The position numbers were made by a program, and so were the translations under genes. A DNA stretch of 64,000 nucleotides, taken from positions 15,250 to 79,249 of the forward strand of contig CANKMT010000005.1 of NCBI GenBank assembly GCA_947482825.1, written 5' to 3'. Below the pieces are notes generated by a model. The model did no database searches, had not been told where the DNA came from, and was given only the letters and a program-made list of their open reading frames with translations. The DNA is from Betaproteobacteria bacterium. GTDB taxonomy: Bacteria > Pseudomonadota > Gammaproteobacteria > Burkholderiales > SG8-39. Below are positions 1 to 9,064 of the stretch, piece by piece (the stretch's first letter is position 1; each line of letters begins with the position of its first letter).

Positions 1-2
1 GC

Positions 3-1451
3 GAGCGCTTCACGCGCACGGGTGAGGCGGTTGAGACCCGCGCGGACGATCCTTCGCCGCTGATCGTGATCGGCTGCGGCACGCCGATCCCGGGGCACGA
101 CATCCGCACGGTCGACGGGGCGGGGCTGGAATTGCCCGACCGCCAGGAAGGGCTGCTGCAATTCCGCGGGCCTTCGTCCACGTCCGGGTACTACCGCAAT
201 CCGGAAGCAACTAAGACGCTGTTCGACGGCGAATGGGTGAATACCGGCGACCGGGCCTACCTCTCGGAAGGCGTGCTGTTCCTCACCGGGCGCGAGAAGG
301 ACATCATCATTCGCGGCGGGCGCAATATCAGCCCGTACGAACTGGAGCAGGCGGTGGGCGACCTGGCCGGCGTGCGCCGCGGCTGCGTCGCGGTCTTCGG
401 CAGCCGCGACGCGGCGGCCGGCACCGAGCGCGTGGTGGTGCTCGCGGAGATGCGCGAGCGCGACCCTTCGCGCCATGACGACCTCAAGCGCATGATCAAC
501 GACCTCGCCGTGAGCCTTATCGGCGCGCCGGCCGACGACATCGTCCTCGCGCCGCCCGCAACGGTGCCCAAGACTTCGAGCGGAAAAATCCGCCGGGTGG
601 CGGCGCGCGAGTTCTACGAGCGGGGTCCCTCGGCGGTCAAGCCGAACGCAGTGTGGCTGCAGTTTGTGCGCCTCATGCTCTCGGGTGCCGCGCCGCAGTT
701 GCGTCGCGGGCTGCGCACGCTGGAGGGCATCGTGTTTGCGCTGCGCGGCTACCTGGCATTCGGGCTCCTGTTCCCGTTCGCGGTGCTTGCTGCGCTAGTG
801 GCTTCAGGCAAGACTTGCTGGAACGTCGGCAGGCAAGTGGCCAAGTGGTTCCTGATCCTTTCGGGTCTCCCCGTCGCGGTGCGCGGCCTGGAGCACCTCG
901 ATCGCTCCACGCCGGTCGTGCTCGCCGTCAACCATACGAGCTACCTCGATGCGCTCGTGCTCCTGTCGCTGCTCGAGTATCGCGGCTATGCGTTCGTCGC
1001 CAAGCGCGAGTTCCAGGACAACCCGCTGATGCGCGGATTGCTCGCCGGATACGGCACCCAGTTCATCGAGCGCTTCGACGTGGCGAAAAGTGCGGAACAC
1101 GCGAATGCGCTGGTCGAGGTGGCCAAGCGCGGCATTTCGCTGATCGTGTTCCCGGAAGGAACGCTCACCCGCAGCACCGGGCTCATGGATTTTAGAACCG
1201 GCGCTTTCCAGGCGGCCGCGCAGGCCGGTGTTCCCGTGGTGCCGGTGTCGCTGCGCGGCGTGCGCTCGGTGTTGCGCGACGGGACGTGGTATGTGCGGCG
1301 CGCGGCGATCACCGTGACGATCGGTGCGCCCATTACGCCCGAAGGTGAAGATTGGGCGGCGGCGGTGAAGCTGCGCGACGCCGTGCGCGCCGAGATCCTG
1401 CGCTCTTGCGGGGAGCCGGACATCGGGGCCGCGCATGCTCACAGGGAGTAA
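3..1451 (+). CDS. Aas-like fusion: AMP-dependent acyl-CoA/ACP synthetase (C-terminal part) + PlsC-type lysophospholipid acyltransferase; 5' end cut by window edge
   Basis: The frame is open from nt 3 with no upstream stop. The N-terminal part has AMP-binding motifs GYYRNPEAT, WVNTGD, GREKDIIIRGGRNISPYELE and PKTSSGKIRR. Two hydrophobic segments follow. The C-terminal part has acyltransferase motifs NHTSYLD (HX4D) and FPEGT. Confidence 0.8.
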   Translation, partial: ERFTRTGEAVETRADDPSPLIVIGCGTPIPGHDIRTVDGAGLELPDRQEGLLQFRGPSSTSGYYRNPEATKTLFDGEWVNTGDRAYLSEGVLFLTGREKDIIIRGGRNISPYELEQAVGDLAGVRRGCVAVFGSRDAAAGTERVVVLAEMRERDPSRHDDLKRMINDLAVSLIGAPADDIVLAPPATVPKTSSGKIRRVAAREFYERGPSAVKPNAVWLQFVRLMLSGAAPQLRRGLRTLEGIVFALRGYLAFGLLFPFAVLAALVASGKTCWNVGRQVAKWFLILSGLPVAVRGLEHLDRSTPVVLAVNHTSYLDALVLLSLLEYRGYAFVAKREFQDNPLMRGLLAGYGTQFIERFDVAKSAEHANALVEVAKRGISLIVFPEGTLTRSTGLMDFRTGAFQAAAQAGVPVVPVSLRGVRSVLRDGTWYVRRAAITVTIGAPITPEGEDWAAAVKLRDAVRAEILRSCGEPDIGAAHAHRE

Positions 1452-1671
1452 AAGGTGCTTTTCCCGGGATTGGAATTGCTGCCATTTTTTGCCAGACCAC
1501 CGCGTGGATATTGGGTTTGCGGGCCAAATGCTGCCATCACCGTATGTTCCAGCTGAGCACCTGCAAGACGCGCTCCACTTTTTGTGAGGAGATCGGGGAC
1601 TCCACTCAAACGGCAAACCCGCGGACTCATGTAAAAATACGCGCCATCTCATTTTCGTTCACCGCCATCGG

Positions 1672-2847
1672 ATGTCGCAGCGCCCCTTGTATCTTGTCAG
1701 CGCTGCGACCGCGCTGTCCCTGCTTGGCGACCAGGCGCTCTATTCGGTACTGCCGGTGTATTACGCCGAGCTGGGGCTGAGCGCCGTACAGGTCGGGATT
1801 CTGCTCTCGGCCAACCGCTGGATCCGATTGTTCACCAACGAACTGGCGCATCGGGTCGGCGGCGGACGCGGCTGGTTCGCGGCGGCCTTCGTGCTCGGCA
1901 GTCTGACCACCGCAGCCTACGCCTATACGCACTCGCTCGCAGTGCTGCTCGCGGCGCGCGTGCTGTGGGGCCTGGCCTGGTCGTTCATCCGTCACATCGG
2001 GGTCATCACGATCATGCTGCATACACCCGCAACGGCCAGCGGCCGCGCGATGGGAACCTACAACGCCTTCTCGCGGGTGGGCTCGATCGCGGGTCTGTTC
2101 GGCGGCGCCCTGCTGGTCGATCTGTTCGGCTTTGCACCCGCGATGCTGGTGCTGGCCGTACTGTCCGTGCTCGCGGTACCGCTTGCCGTCCTGGGTTTCG
2201 ATGGCGTCCGACACGCGGTGGCGGCGACGGCGCGGGCCAGCGTCCCGTGGCGATTCGTGGTGCTTGGCTTCGTGCTCGGCTGCGTAGGTCCCGGCCTCGT
2301 GATGGCAACGCTCGGCAGCGTTCTCAATGCGCAGGCGCACCCTGTGCCCGGGTTCACCGCCGCGAGCCTGACCGGGGCCCTCCTCGCGGTGCGATTCACG
2401 CTCGACACCGCAGTAGCGCCGGCGCTCGGGGGATTGACCGACCGCCACGGCCTGCGCCACACCGGCATCGGATTTTTCGCCCTGGGTGCCGTCGCGCTTG
2501 CCTTCGCCAGCGTCGTCAACGGCATCTGGCTGATCAGTGCCTGCGTGCTGGTGTTCTTCGTGGCCGGCACCGCGTTGCATGCCGGCGTTGCCGGCCGTGT
2601 TGCGCAGCTCGGCTCGGGCGCCTATGCCCGTTTCGTTACCGGCGCCGACTTCGGCGCGGCTTGCGGACCGATGATCGGTTGGCTGGCCTTTGACTGGCTT
2701 GGCATGCCAAACATCGGCATGGCCATCGGCGCGGTTCTGTACGGCGTCTGCGTGCTGATCCTGGTCCATGCGCCGCCGCATGCCATGGAAGGCGGCGTGC
2801 AGTTTGGCGCAGGTGGCGGGGCGCATCCGGGGCGCGTTGCACAGTAG
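1672..2847 (+). CDS. MFS-type transporter (possibly LplT-like partner of the Aas-like gene)
   Basis: 391 aa, about 12 hydrophobic segments with a two-halves organisation. Same strand, 220 nt downstream of the Aas-like gene. The antisense 399-aa ORF is Arg/His-rich junk. Confidence 0.7.
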   Translation: MSQRPLYLVSAATALSLLGDQALYSVLPVYYAELGLSAVQVGILLSANRWIRLFTNELAHRVGGGRGWFAAAFVLGSLTTAAYAYTHSLAVLLAARVLWGLAWSFIRHIGVITIMLHTPATASGRAMGTYNAFSRVGSIAGLFGGALLVDLFGFAPAMLVLAVLSVLAVPLAVLGFDGVRHAVAATARASVPWRFVVLGFVLGCVGPGLVMATLGSVLNAQAHPVPGFTAASLTGALLAVRFTLDTAVAPALGGLTDRHGLRHTGIGFFALGAVALAFASVVNGIWLISACVLVFFVAGTALHAGVAGRVAQLGSGAYARFVTGADFGAACGPMIGWLAFDWLGMPNIGMAIGAVLYGVCVLILVHAPPHAMEGGVQFGAGGGAHPGRVAQ

Positions 2848-2884
2848 ATCGAATGTACCGACGGGACACGTCGTCTGCGCGCCA

Positions 2885-2904
2885 GTGATACCATGGTGAT
2901 ACCA
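2885..2904. promoter_or_regulatory. Candidate antitoxin operator: direct repeat GTGATACCA x2 in 11-bp register, centred on palindrome ACCATGGT
   Basis: GTGATACCA occurs at 2885-2893 and 2896-2904, 18-37 nt upstream of the RHH antitoxin ATG (2922). Confidence 0.35.
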
Positions 2905-2921
2905 GAGTTCCGGAGTTCGCG

Positions 2922-3203
2922 ATGTCCATCTCGATCAAGCTCCCCGAAGACCTCAGAAAGCGCATCGCGCGCGTGGTCGAAGGCACCGACCAGAGCGCGC
3001 ATGCCTTCATGGTGGAGGCGATCCGGCAGGAAACGGAACGCGCCGAGAAGCGCCGCGGGTTTCTTGCCGATGCGTACGCCGCACGCGCGGAGTTCCACCG
3101 CACCGGCATGGGCTATGCGCTGGCGGAAGTAAAAGCGCATTACCGCGCGAAATTGCAAGGCAAGAAGACGCGCAAGCCGAAGTTGCGTTCGTGGCCGAAG
3201 TAA
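2922..3203 (+). CDS. Ribbon-helix-helix (CopG/ParD-like) antitoxin
   Basis: N-terminus MSISIKLPEDLRKRIARVVEGTDQSAHAFMVEAIRQ is a typical RHH. It overlaps the downstream ParE-like ORF by 13 nt. Confidence 0.7.
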   Translation: MSISIKLPEDLRKRIARVVEGTDQSAHAFMVEAIRQETERAEKRRGFLADAYAARAEFHRTGMGYALAEVKAHYRAKLQGKKTRKPKLRSWPK

Positions 3204-3499
3204 TCGTTTCGAAGGGTGCGGACGCAGATCTCGAAAGGCTGGTGATATTCCTGAGCGAGGCGGAGCCTGCCGCGGCGCTGGCGACCTACGACCTTGTGCT
3301 CGGCGCGCTCGAGGTGCTGCAGACGTACCCCACGATCGGCAGGCCCGTAGACGATGTTTTGAGAGAGTTGGTGATCTCACGCGGCCGCACGGGCTATCTG
3401 GCGCTCTACGAGTACGATACGCAAGCTGACCGGGTCGTGGTTCTTGCATTGCGCCACCAGCGCGAGGCAGGCTACCTGGAGCGGGGCGCGCTGGAATGA
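3191..3499 (+). CDS. RelE/ParE-family toxin
   Basis: 102 aa with GTG start. Pattern DLERLVIFL...PTIGRPV...RELVISRGRTGYLALYEY...VVVLALRHQRE is typical of ParE plasmid-stabilisation toxins. Confidence 0.75.
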   Translation: MAEVIVSKGADADLERLVIFLSEAEPAAALATYDLVLGALEVLQTYPTIGRPVDDVLRELVISRGRTGYLALYEYDTQADRVVVLALRHQREAGYLERGALE

Positions 3500-3542
3500 A
3501 GCGGGTTAACATGTCCATATAGATGGCCATCTTGGAGGCAGC

Positions 3543-3779
3543 ATGGAAAGGGATTACCCGATTGGCCGCGCCAAGCAGGGTCTGCCCGCGATCATTCACG
3601 AGGTCGAGCGCACGGGGCGCGCCACAATCACGCGCCGCGGCCGGCCGGTGGCGGTAGTGCTTTCGATTGCCGAATTGGAGCGGATCGAGTCATTCCGGCG
3701 CAAGGCGCTCGAGTGGAGCGCCGCCACCCTCGACACGCGCAAATTCAAGTTCGACCGCGAAGAAGCGAATGCCCGCTGA
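3543..3779 (+). CDS. Phd/YefM-family antitoxin
   Basis: 78 aa. GRAKQGLPAIIHEVERTGRATITRRGRPVAVVLSIAELERIE matches the Phd/YefM N-terminal fold pattern. Confidence 0.75.
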   Translation: MERDYPIGRAKQGLPAIIHEVERTGRATITRRGRPVAVVLSIAELERIESFRRKALEWSAATLDTRKFKFDREEANAR

Positions 3780-4272
3780 CCCGGTCCGCGCCGCGGACAA
3801 GGTCACGGCCAAGGTCGAGCGTATTTTTCTGGACTCGAACGTCCTCCTGTATGCGTTTTCGTCGACCGATCCGCTAAAGCGCGAACGGGCGCGCGCACTG
3901 GCGGATGCTCCCGGCGCTGTGATCAGCACCCAGGTTCTGTCCGAATTCGCCAACGTCGTTCTGCGCAAATTCAGCATGCCGGTCGCCGAAGCGCGTAGGC
4001 GAACGGCCGAATTGGCCGCCCGCTGCGATGTGGTGGTGGTGACTGCGCCGCTCGTGATCGAGGCGTTTCGCATCCGCGAGCGCTTCGGGTTCGGCTTTTT
4101 CGACAGCCAGATCGTGGCCTCCGCGCTGTCCGCAGGCGCGACGACCCTCTACTCAGAAGATCTGCATCACGGTCAATTGATCGAAGGCGCTTTGCGCATC
4201 CTCTCGCCTTTTGCGCCTGCCGCCAGACAGCGCCGCGCGGCCTACAAGGTACGCCGTTCGAAGCGGGCGTAG
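3769..4272 (+). CDS. PIN-domain toxin (VapC-like)
   Basis: The ATG at 3769 overlaps the antitoxin 3' end. IFLDSNVLLYAF (first catalytic Asp), STQVLSEF and FFDSQIVASA are PIN signatures. Confidence 0.8.
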   Translation: MPADPVRAADKVTAKVERIFLDSNVLLYAFSSTDPLKRERARALADAPGAVISTQVLSEFANVVLRKFSMPVAEARRRTAELAARCDVVVVTAPLVIEAFRIRERFGFGFFDSQIVASALSAGATTLYSEDLHHGQLIEGALRILSPFAPAARQRRAAYKVRRSKRA

Positions 4273-4323
4273 GCACGCTTGCGAAAAACGCGTCACGGTC
4301 GCGCCCGGCCCGCCTGGATGCCG

Positions 4324-4352
4324 TTGCCATATTTTGCCAAAGTGCCTAAGAT
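4324..4352 (+). promoter_or_regulatory. Candidate sigma70 promoter TTGCCA-17 nt-TAAGAT for the parDE pair (near-leaderless)
   Basis: TTGCCA at 4324-4329 and TAAGAT at 4347-4352. The ATG is at 4359, only 7 nt after the -10 element. Confidence 0.3.
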
Positions 4353-4358
4353 CGACCC

Positions 4359-4598
4359 ATGAGCACGATGAACATCTCCCTGCCGGATTCGCTCAAGGCC
4401 TTCGTCGATGAACAGGTCACTCAGCGCGGTTATGGCACGAGCAGCGAATACGTGCGCGAACTGATCCGCAAGGATGCCGACCGCCTGCACTTGCGAGGCC
4501 TGCTGCTCGAGGGCGGCGCCTCCGCTCCGGCTGCGCCGGCGGGCGCGGAGTATTTTGCGTCGCTCAAGAAGCGCGCCCGGCGGCACGCGCCAGGTTGA
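4359..4598 (+). CDS. parD: ParD-family (RHH) antitoxin
   Basis: MSTMNISLPDSLKAFVDEQVTQRGYGTSSEYVRELIRKD is the canonical ParD-type N-terminus. Confidence 0.8.
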   Translation: MSTMNISLPDSLKAFVDEQVTQRGYGTSSEYVRELIRKDADRLHLRGLLLEGGASAPAAPAGAEYFASLKKRARRHAPG

Positions 4599-4915
4599 AA
4601 CCAAAGCCGGTCATCCCGCGCGCGTTGGCGAACCGGGATGTAGAGGATGCGATCGATTATTTTCTTGGCGAGAAGGCCCGGTCTGCCGCGCTCGGTTTTG
4701 TCGAAGCGCTCGAAGCGGCCTATGCACACATCGGACACTATCCCGCGGCCGGCTCGCCCCGCTACGCACACGAGCTGGATCTCCCGGAACTTCGCTTCTG
4801 GCCGCTCACGAACTATTCATATCTTGTCTTCTATGTCGAGCGCGGCGACCACATCGACGTCTGGCGCGTGCTCCATGCGCAGCGGAACATTCCGGCCTGG
4901 CTTTCAACGGACTAG
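4595..4915 (+). CDS. parE: ParE-family toxin
   Basis: TTGA start/stop overlap with parD. DVEDAIDYF...YLVFYVERGDHIDVWRVLHAQRN is typical of ParE/RelE. Confidence 0.8.
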   Translation: MKPKPVIPRALANRDVEDAIDYFLGEKARSAALGFVEALEAAYAHIGHYPAAGSPRYAHELDLPELRFWPLTNYSYLVFYVERGDHIDVWRVLHAQRNIPAWLSTD

Positions 4916-5030
4916 AGTGGGACGAATGAATAGGCGCCAAACGGTAACCTCCCGTGCGGTCGAGGTCTTCGGCTAGCGGCTTCACGAACGACCGCTTGTT
5001 CCCGGGCAGGGCGCGATAAAATCGCACGCC

Positions 5031-8000
5031 TTGATTGCCGCGCGCCTCCAGGCGGAGCGCCTCGCCCGCCTACCCAAACCCGAATTCGATCCCGCGCTGC
5101 CGGTCAATGCGCGGCGCGAGGACATCCGCGCCGCCATCGAGGCGCACCAGGTCATCATCGTCTGCGGCGAAACCGGCTCGGGCAAGACCACGCAGCTGCC
5201 GAAGATCCTGCTGGAGATGCAGCGCGGCGTGAAGGGCTGGATCGGCCACACGCAGCCGCGCCGGATCGCTGCACGCTCCGTAGCCGCACGCATCGCTCAG
5301 GAGCTCAAGGCCGAGCTCGGAAACCAGGTCGGCTACAAGGTGCGCTTCAACGACAAGGTCAGACGCGAGTCGTACGTCAAGCTGATGACCGACGGCATCC
5401 TGCTCGCCGAGACACAGGGCGATCCGCTCCTCGAGGCCTACGACACGATCATCATCGACGAGGCGCACGAGAGAAGCCTCAACATCGACTTCCTGCTCGG
5501 CTACCTCAGGCAGGTCCTGCCCAGGCGCCCCGACCTCAAGGTGATCATCACTTCGGCCACCATCGACGCGGAAAAGTTCGCGCGCCATTTTAACGGCGCC
5601 CCTGTCATCGAAGTCTCCGGGCGGCTGTACCCGGTCGAGGTTCGCTACCGGCCGGTGGAGGGCGATGCCGAGGACACCACCCGCGACGAGGAGGAGGCCG
5701 CGCTGGTCGATGCGGTCGAGGAGCTGTGCAACACCGGCCCGGGCGACATCCTGGTGTTCCTGCCCGGAGAGCGCGAGATTCGCACCGCTGCTGACATTCT
5801 CGGCCGCAATCTCAAGGCGGGGAGCCGATCCGCAGCCGAGATCCTGACATTGTTCTCGCGTCTTTCGGCCGCCGAGCAGGACCGCGTGTTCCGCCTGGGC
5901 AGCCAGCGGCGGATCGTGCTGGCGACCAACGTGGCGGAAACCTCGCTCACCGTGCCGGGCATCCGTTACGTCATCGACACCGGCTATGCGCGCGTCAAGC
6001 GCTACAGCTACCGCAACAAGGTCGAGCAGCTGCAGGTCGAGAAGATTTCGCGCGCCTCGGCCGCGCAGCGCGCAGGTCGCTGCGGGCGCGTGTCCGACGG
6101 CATCTGCATCCGGCTCTACGACGAGGACGATTTCAGGAAGCGCCCGGAATTCACCGACCCGGAAGTATTGCGAAGCTCGCTTGCCTCGGTGATCCTGCGT
6201 GCCAAGAGCCTGCACCTTGGCGACCCGTCCGACTTTCCGTTCGTCGATCCGCCTGCGCCGCGCGCGATTGCGGACGGCTATGCGCTGCTGGCCGAACTCG
6301 GTGCAGTCGACGACCAGAACGAACTGACGGGCACCGGCAGGGAGCTTGCGCGGCTGCCGGTCGATCCGCGCATCGCGCGAATGCTCGTGGCCGCCACCGC
6401 CGAGCGCTGCCTCGAGCAGGTGCTCGTGATCGCGGCAGCGCTGTCGGTGGCCGATCCGCGCGAGCGTCCGATGGAAAAGCAGGCCGCCGCCGACCAGGCG
6501 CAGGCGAAGTTCGACGATCCGCGCTCGGATTTTGTTGCCTACCTGAAGCTGTGGCAGTTCTTTGCCGAAGCGCTTGACGAAAAGCTCACGAACCGAAAAC
6601 TGGCCGTGCTTTGCCGCCAGCATTTCCTGTCGATCGCGCGCTTGCGCGAGTGGCGCGAAGTGCACACGCAGTTGCGCGTCGTTGCCGATGATCTTGAATT
6701 CAAGCCTTCGAGCGCCGATCCCGCGAAGCCCGAGGGGTATCGCGCCATCCATCGCGCGCTGCTCACCGGGCTGCTCGGCAACATCGGCATGAAAGCCGAA
6801 GACGATTCGGCCTACACCGGCGCACGAGGGATCAAGTTTTGGCCTCACCCCGGGTCCGGCACCAGGAAGCCCGGAAAATGGATCATGGCCGCCGAGCTGA
6901 CCGAGACCACGCGGCTATTCGCGCGCTGTGTGGCCGCGATCGAGCCGCAGTGGCTGGAGGAACTCGGCGCCCACCTGTTGAAGAAGACGCGCGAGAACCC
7001 GCATTGGGAGAAGTCGCGTGCCCAGGTGGTGGCGGTGGAGCGGGGCGTGCTTTACGGCTTGCCCGTCTACGCGAACCGCCGGGTGCATTACGGCCCTTCG
7101 GACCCGGTGCTCTCGCGCGAGATCTTCATCCGCTCGGGCCTCGTTGAAGGGGAGTTCGAAACGCGCGCGCCGTTCTTCGCGCACAACCAGAAGCTGATCC
7201 ACGAGATCGAGCGGCTGGAGCACAAGTCGCGGCGGCCGGACATCCTGGTGGACGACGCATTGATCTTCGCCTTCTACGAAAGCCGCATCCCGGAGGGCAT
7301 CCACAACGGCGCGGACTTCGAAAAGTGGCGCAAGGAGGCCGAGCGCGAGAATGCAAAGTTGCTGTTCCTCTCGCGCGAGGACCTAATGCGCCATGAGGCG
7401 GCGGGCATCACGACCGGCAACTTTCCGCCGACGCTGAAGCTCGGGGCCAACGAGTTCAGGCTCGAATACCACTTCGAGCCCGGGTCGGCCAGGGACGGCG
7501 TGACGATGGCCGTGCCGGTCGCGTTGCTAAACCAGGTGAGTGCGGCCCGCTGCGACTGGCTGGTGCCCGGCCTGCTGAAGGAAAAGGTGCACACGCTCGC
7601 GAAGTCGATCCCGCAGCGCCTGCGCCACAAGCTCGGGCCGCTGGCCGAGTTTGCCGAAGGCTTCGCGGCAGTCGCAAAGCCTTCGGATGTGCCGCTGGCC
7701 ACCGCGATCGCCCGGCATATCCGCGCCGAGATGAACCTCGATGTGCCGATCGACGCTTTCCGGCCCGACTCGGCGCCGCCGCACCTCTCGATGAACTATC
7801 TTGTCATCGACGAGCACGGCCGCCAGCTCGCCGTCGGCCGCAACCTCGCGGAACTGAAGACCGCGCTGCGCGAGGAGACCGAAGCGGTGCTGCAGGACGA
7901 AGCGCCGATGACCGAAGGTGAAAAATTCACCGGCTGGACCTTCGGCGATCTCGAAGAAATGATGGAACTCGAGCGCGGCGGGCACACGCTGGTGGGCTAC

Positions 8001-8741
8001 CCGGCGCTGGTTGATGCCGGCGACGGCGTCACGCTGCAGGTGGTCGATTCCCCGGAGAACGCGCAAGCGCTGCAGCGCGAGGGCGTGAAGCGGCTCCTGT
8101 CGATTGCTTTCAAGGAGCGTATCCGCGATCTCGAGAAGTCGCTCTCGCGCGATCCGGCACTCGGGCCGCTCAAGGAGGATGTGATTGCAGCGGCACTCGA
8201 CCGCACTTTCCTCGCGGAATCATTGCCGATGACCGCCAAGGATTTCGCCGCCCGGGTGGCTGAGGGCAAGAACCGTTTCAACCTGATCGCGCAGGAGATC
8301 ATGCGCCTCGCCACCGCGATCATCACCGAACAGCGCGAACTGCAGAAGCGGCTCGTGACCGCGGCCAAGGCTTTTCCGGTGGCTGCGGAGGACGTGAAGC
8401 AACAGCTTGCGCGGTTGCTCGCGCCGCACTTCGTCGCGCAAACTCCGTATGAGCGGCTACAGCATTTCCCGCGCTACCTGAAGGCGGTGGGCTTGCGCCT
8501 CGACAAGCTGCGCACCGATCCCTCGCGCGACGCTAGGTTGATGAGCGAATTCGCGCCGCTGCACTCGGCCTGGCAGCGCGAATATGCCGCACGTGCCAAG
8601 CAGGGCACTGTCACCGACGAGATCGGGCAGTTCCGCTGGCTGCTCGAAGAGTTGCGCGTGTCGCTGTTCGCGCAGGAGTTGAGGACGCCGGTGCCGGTTT
8701 CAGTGAAGCGGTTGGTGAAGCTGTGGCAGGGGATTCGATAG
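5031..8741 (+). CDS. hrpA: ATP-dependent RNA helicase HrpA (DEAH box)
   Basis: 1236 aa with GETGSGKTTQLPK (Walker A), DEAHERS, TSATID and the long HA2/OB/C-terminal region. TTG start assumed, since no ATG or GTG lies upstream in frame after the stop at 4974. Confidence 0.95.
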   Translation: MIAARLQAERLARLPKPEFDPALPVNARREDIRAAIEAHQVIIVCGETGSGKTTQLPKILLEMQRGVKGWIGHTQPRRIAARSVAARIAQELKAELGNQVGYKVRFNDKVRRESYVKLMTDGILLAETQGDPLLEAYDTIIIDEAHERSLNIDFLLGYLRQVLPRRPDLKVIITSATIDAEKFARHFNGAPVIEVSGRLYPVEVRYRPVEGDAEDTTRDEEEAALVDAVEELCNTGPGDILVFLPGEREIRTAADILGRNLKAGSRSAAEILTLFSRLSAAEQDRVFRLGSQRRIVLATNVAETSLTVPGIRYVIDTGYARVKRYSYRNKVEQLQVEKISRASAAQRAGRCGRVSDGICIRLYDEDDFRKRPEFTDPEVLRSSLASVILRAKSLHLGDPSDFPFVDPPAPRAIADGYALLAELGAVDDQNELTGTGRELARLPVDPRIARMLVAATAERCLEQVLVIAAALSVADPRERPMEKQAAADQAQAKFDDPRSDFVAYLKLWQFFAEALDEKLTNRKLAVLCRQHFLSIARLREWREVHTQLRVVADDLEFKPSSADPAKPEGYRAIHRALLTGLLGNIGMKAEDDSAYTGARGIKFWPHPGSGTRKPGKWIMAAELTETTRLFARCVAAIEPQWLEELGAHLLKKTRENPHWEKSRAQVVAVERGVLYGLPVYANRRVHYGPSDPVLSREIFIRSGLVEGEFETRAPFFAHNQKLIHEIERLEHKSRRPDILVDDALIFAFYESRIPEGIHNGADFEKWRKEAERENAKLLFLSREDLMRHEAAGITTGNFPPTLKLGANEFRLEYHFEPGSARDGVTMAVPVALLNQVSAARCDWLVPGLLKEKVHTLAKSIPQRLRHKLGPLAEFAEGFAAVAKPSDVPLATAIARHIRAEMNLDVPIDAFRPDSAPPHLSMNYLVIDEHGRQLAVGRNLAELKTALREETEAVLQDEAPMTEGEKFTGWTFGDLEEMMELERGGHTLVGYPALVDAGDGVTLQVVDSPENAQALQREGVKRLLSIAFKERIRDLEKSLSRDPALGPLKEDVIAAALDRTFLAESLPMTAKDFAARVAEGKNRFNLIAQEIMRLATAIITEQRELQKRLVTAAKAFPVAAEDVKQQLARLLAPHFVAQTPYERLQHFPRYLKAVGLRLDKLRTDPSRDARLMSEFAPLHSAWQREYAARAKQGTVTDEIGQFRWLLEELRVSLFAQELRTPVPVSVKRLVKLWQGIR

Positions 8742-8753
8742 AGGGAGGAGAAG

Positions 8754-8996
8754 CTATCCCTTCGCTTTCAACGTCTTTTCGTTCGCCGCAATGAAGGCAC
8801 GGATTTCATCGGACATGTCGAGGAGCTTGAGCCACTGCTCCTTGTACAAGGTGATCGGGAAACGCCCCATGCCGTAGACCGAGAGCCCGCCCTTTTCGCT
8901 GACCTTCATGCTGATTCCCGCGGCAGCGCCTTTCTTAAGCGCGGCGTTTTCTTTGCGCAGTTGCTCGAGTTCGTTCTTCAGGTCATCGTCGGACAT
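8754..8996 (-). CDS. Hypothetical 80-aa protein (acidic coiled-coil N-terminus + KVSEKGGLSVYGMGRFPITLY segment)
   Basis: Compact ORF with AAGGA 7 nt upstream of the ATG, in a lower-GC pocket. No family recognised. Confidence 0.5.
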   Translation of the reverse strand: MSDDDLKNELEQLRKENAALKKGAAAGISMKVSEKGGLSVYGMGRFPITLYKEQWLKLLDMSDEIRAFIAANEKTLKAKG

Positions 8997-9064
8997 GGTC
9001 GATCCTTGCCGGTTGGGGAGAAGGCCTTTCGGCTGAAGAGTCTATCGGGGTAAGCGCTCATCGT

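Noticed and set aside
4974-5200. Possible 5' truncation of hrpA by the TA array: the product starts about 60 residues later than E. coli HrpA, with a TTG start and no clear RBS.
   Set aside because: The missing region is poorly conserved among HrpA proteins and the helicase core is complete. Without orthologue alignment I cannot distinguish truncation from natural length variation.
5070-6848. Very long antisense or out-of-frame ORFs in the supplied track. Examples: 5070-6848(-) opposite hrpA, 1627-2826(-) opposite the MFS gene, 13751-15214(+) opposite the Mo-oxidoreductase, 25893-27434(-), 37019-38320(-), 38271-39512(-), 40820-42052(+), 48111-49646(+).
   Set aside because: Their translations are Arg/Gly/His/Pro-rich low-complexity strings with no motifs. 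The opposite or alternative frame carries clear family signatures and high third-position GC. These are typical shadow ORFs of GC-rich DNA.
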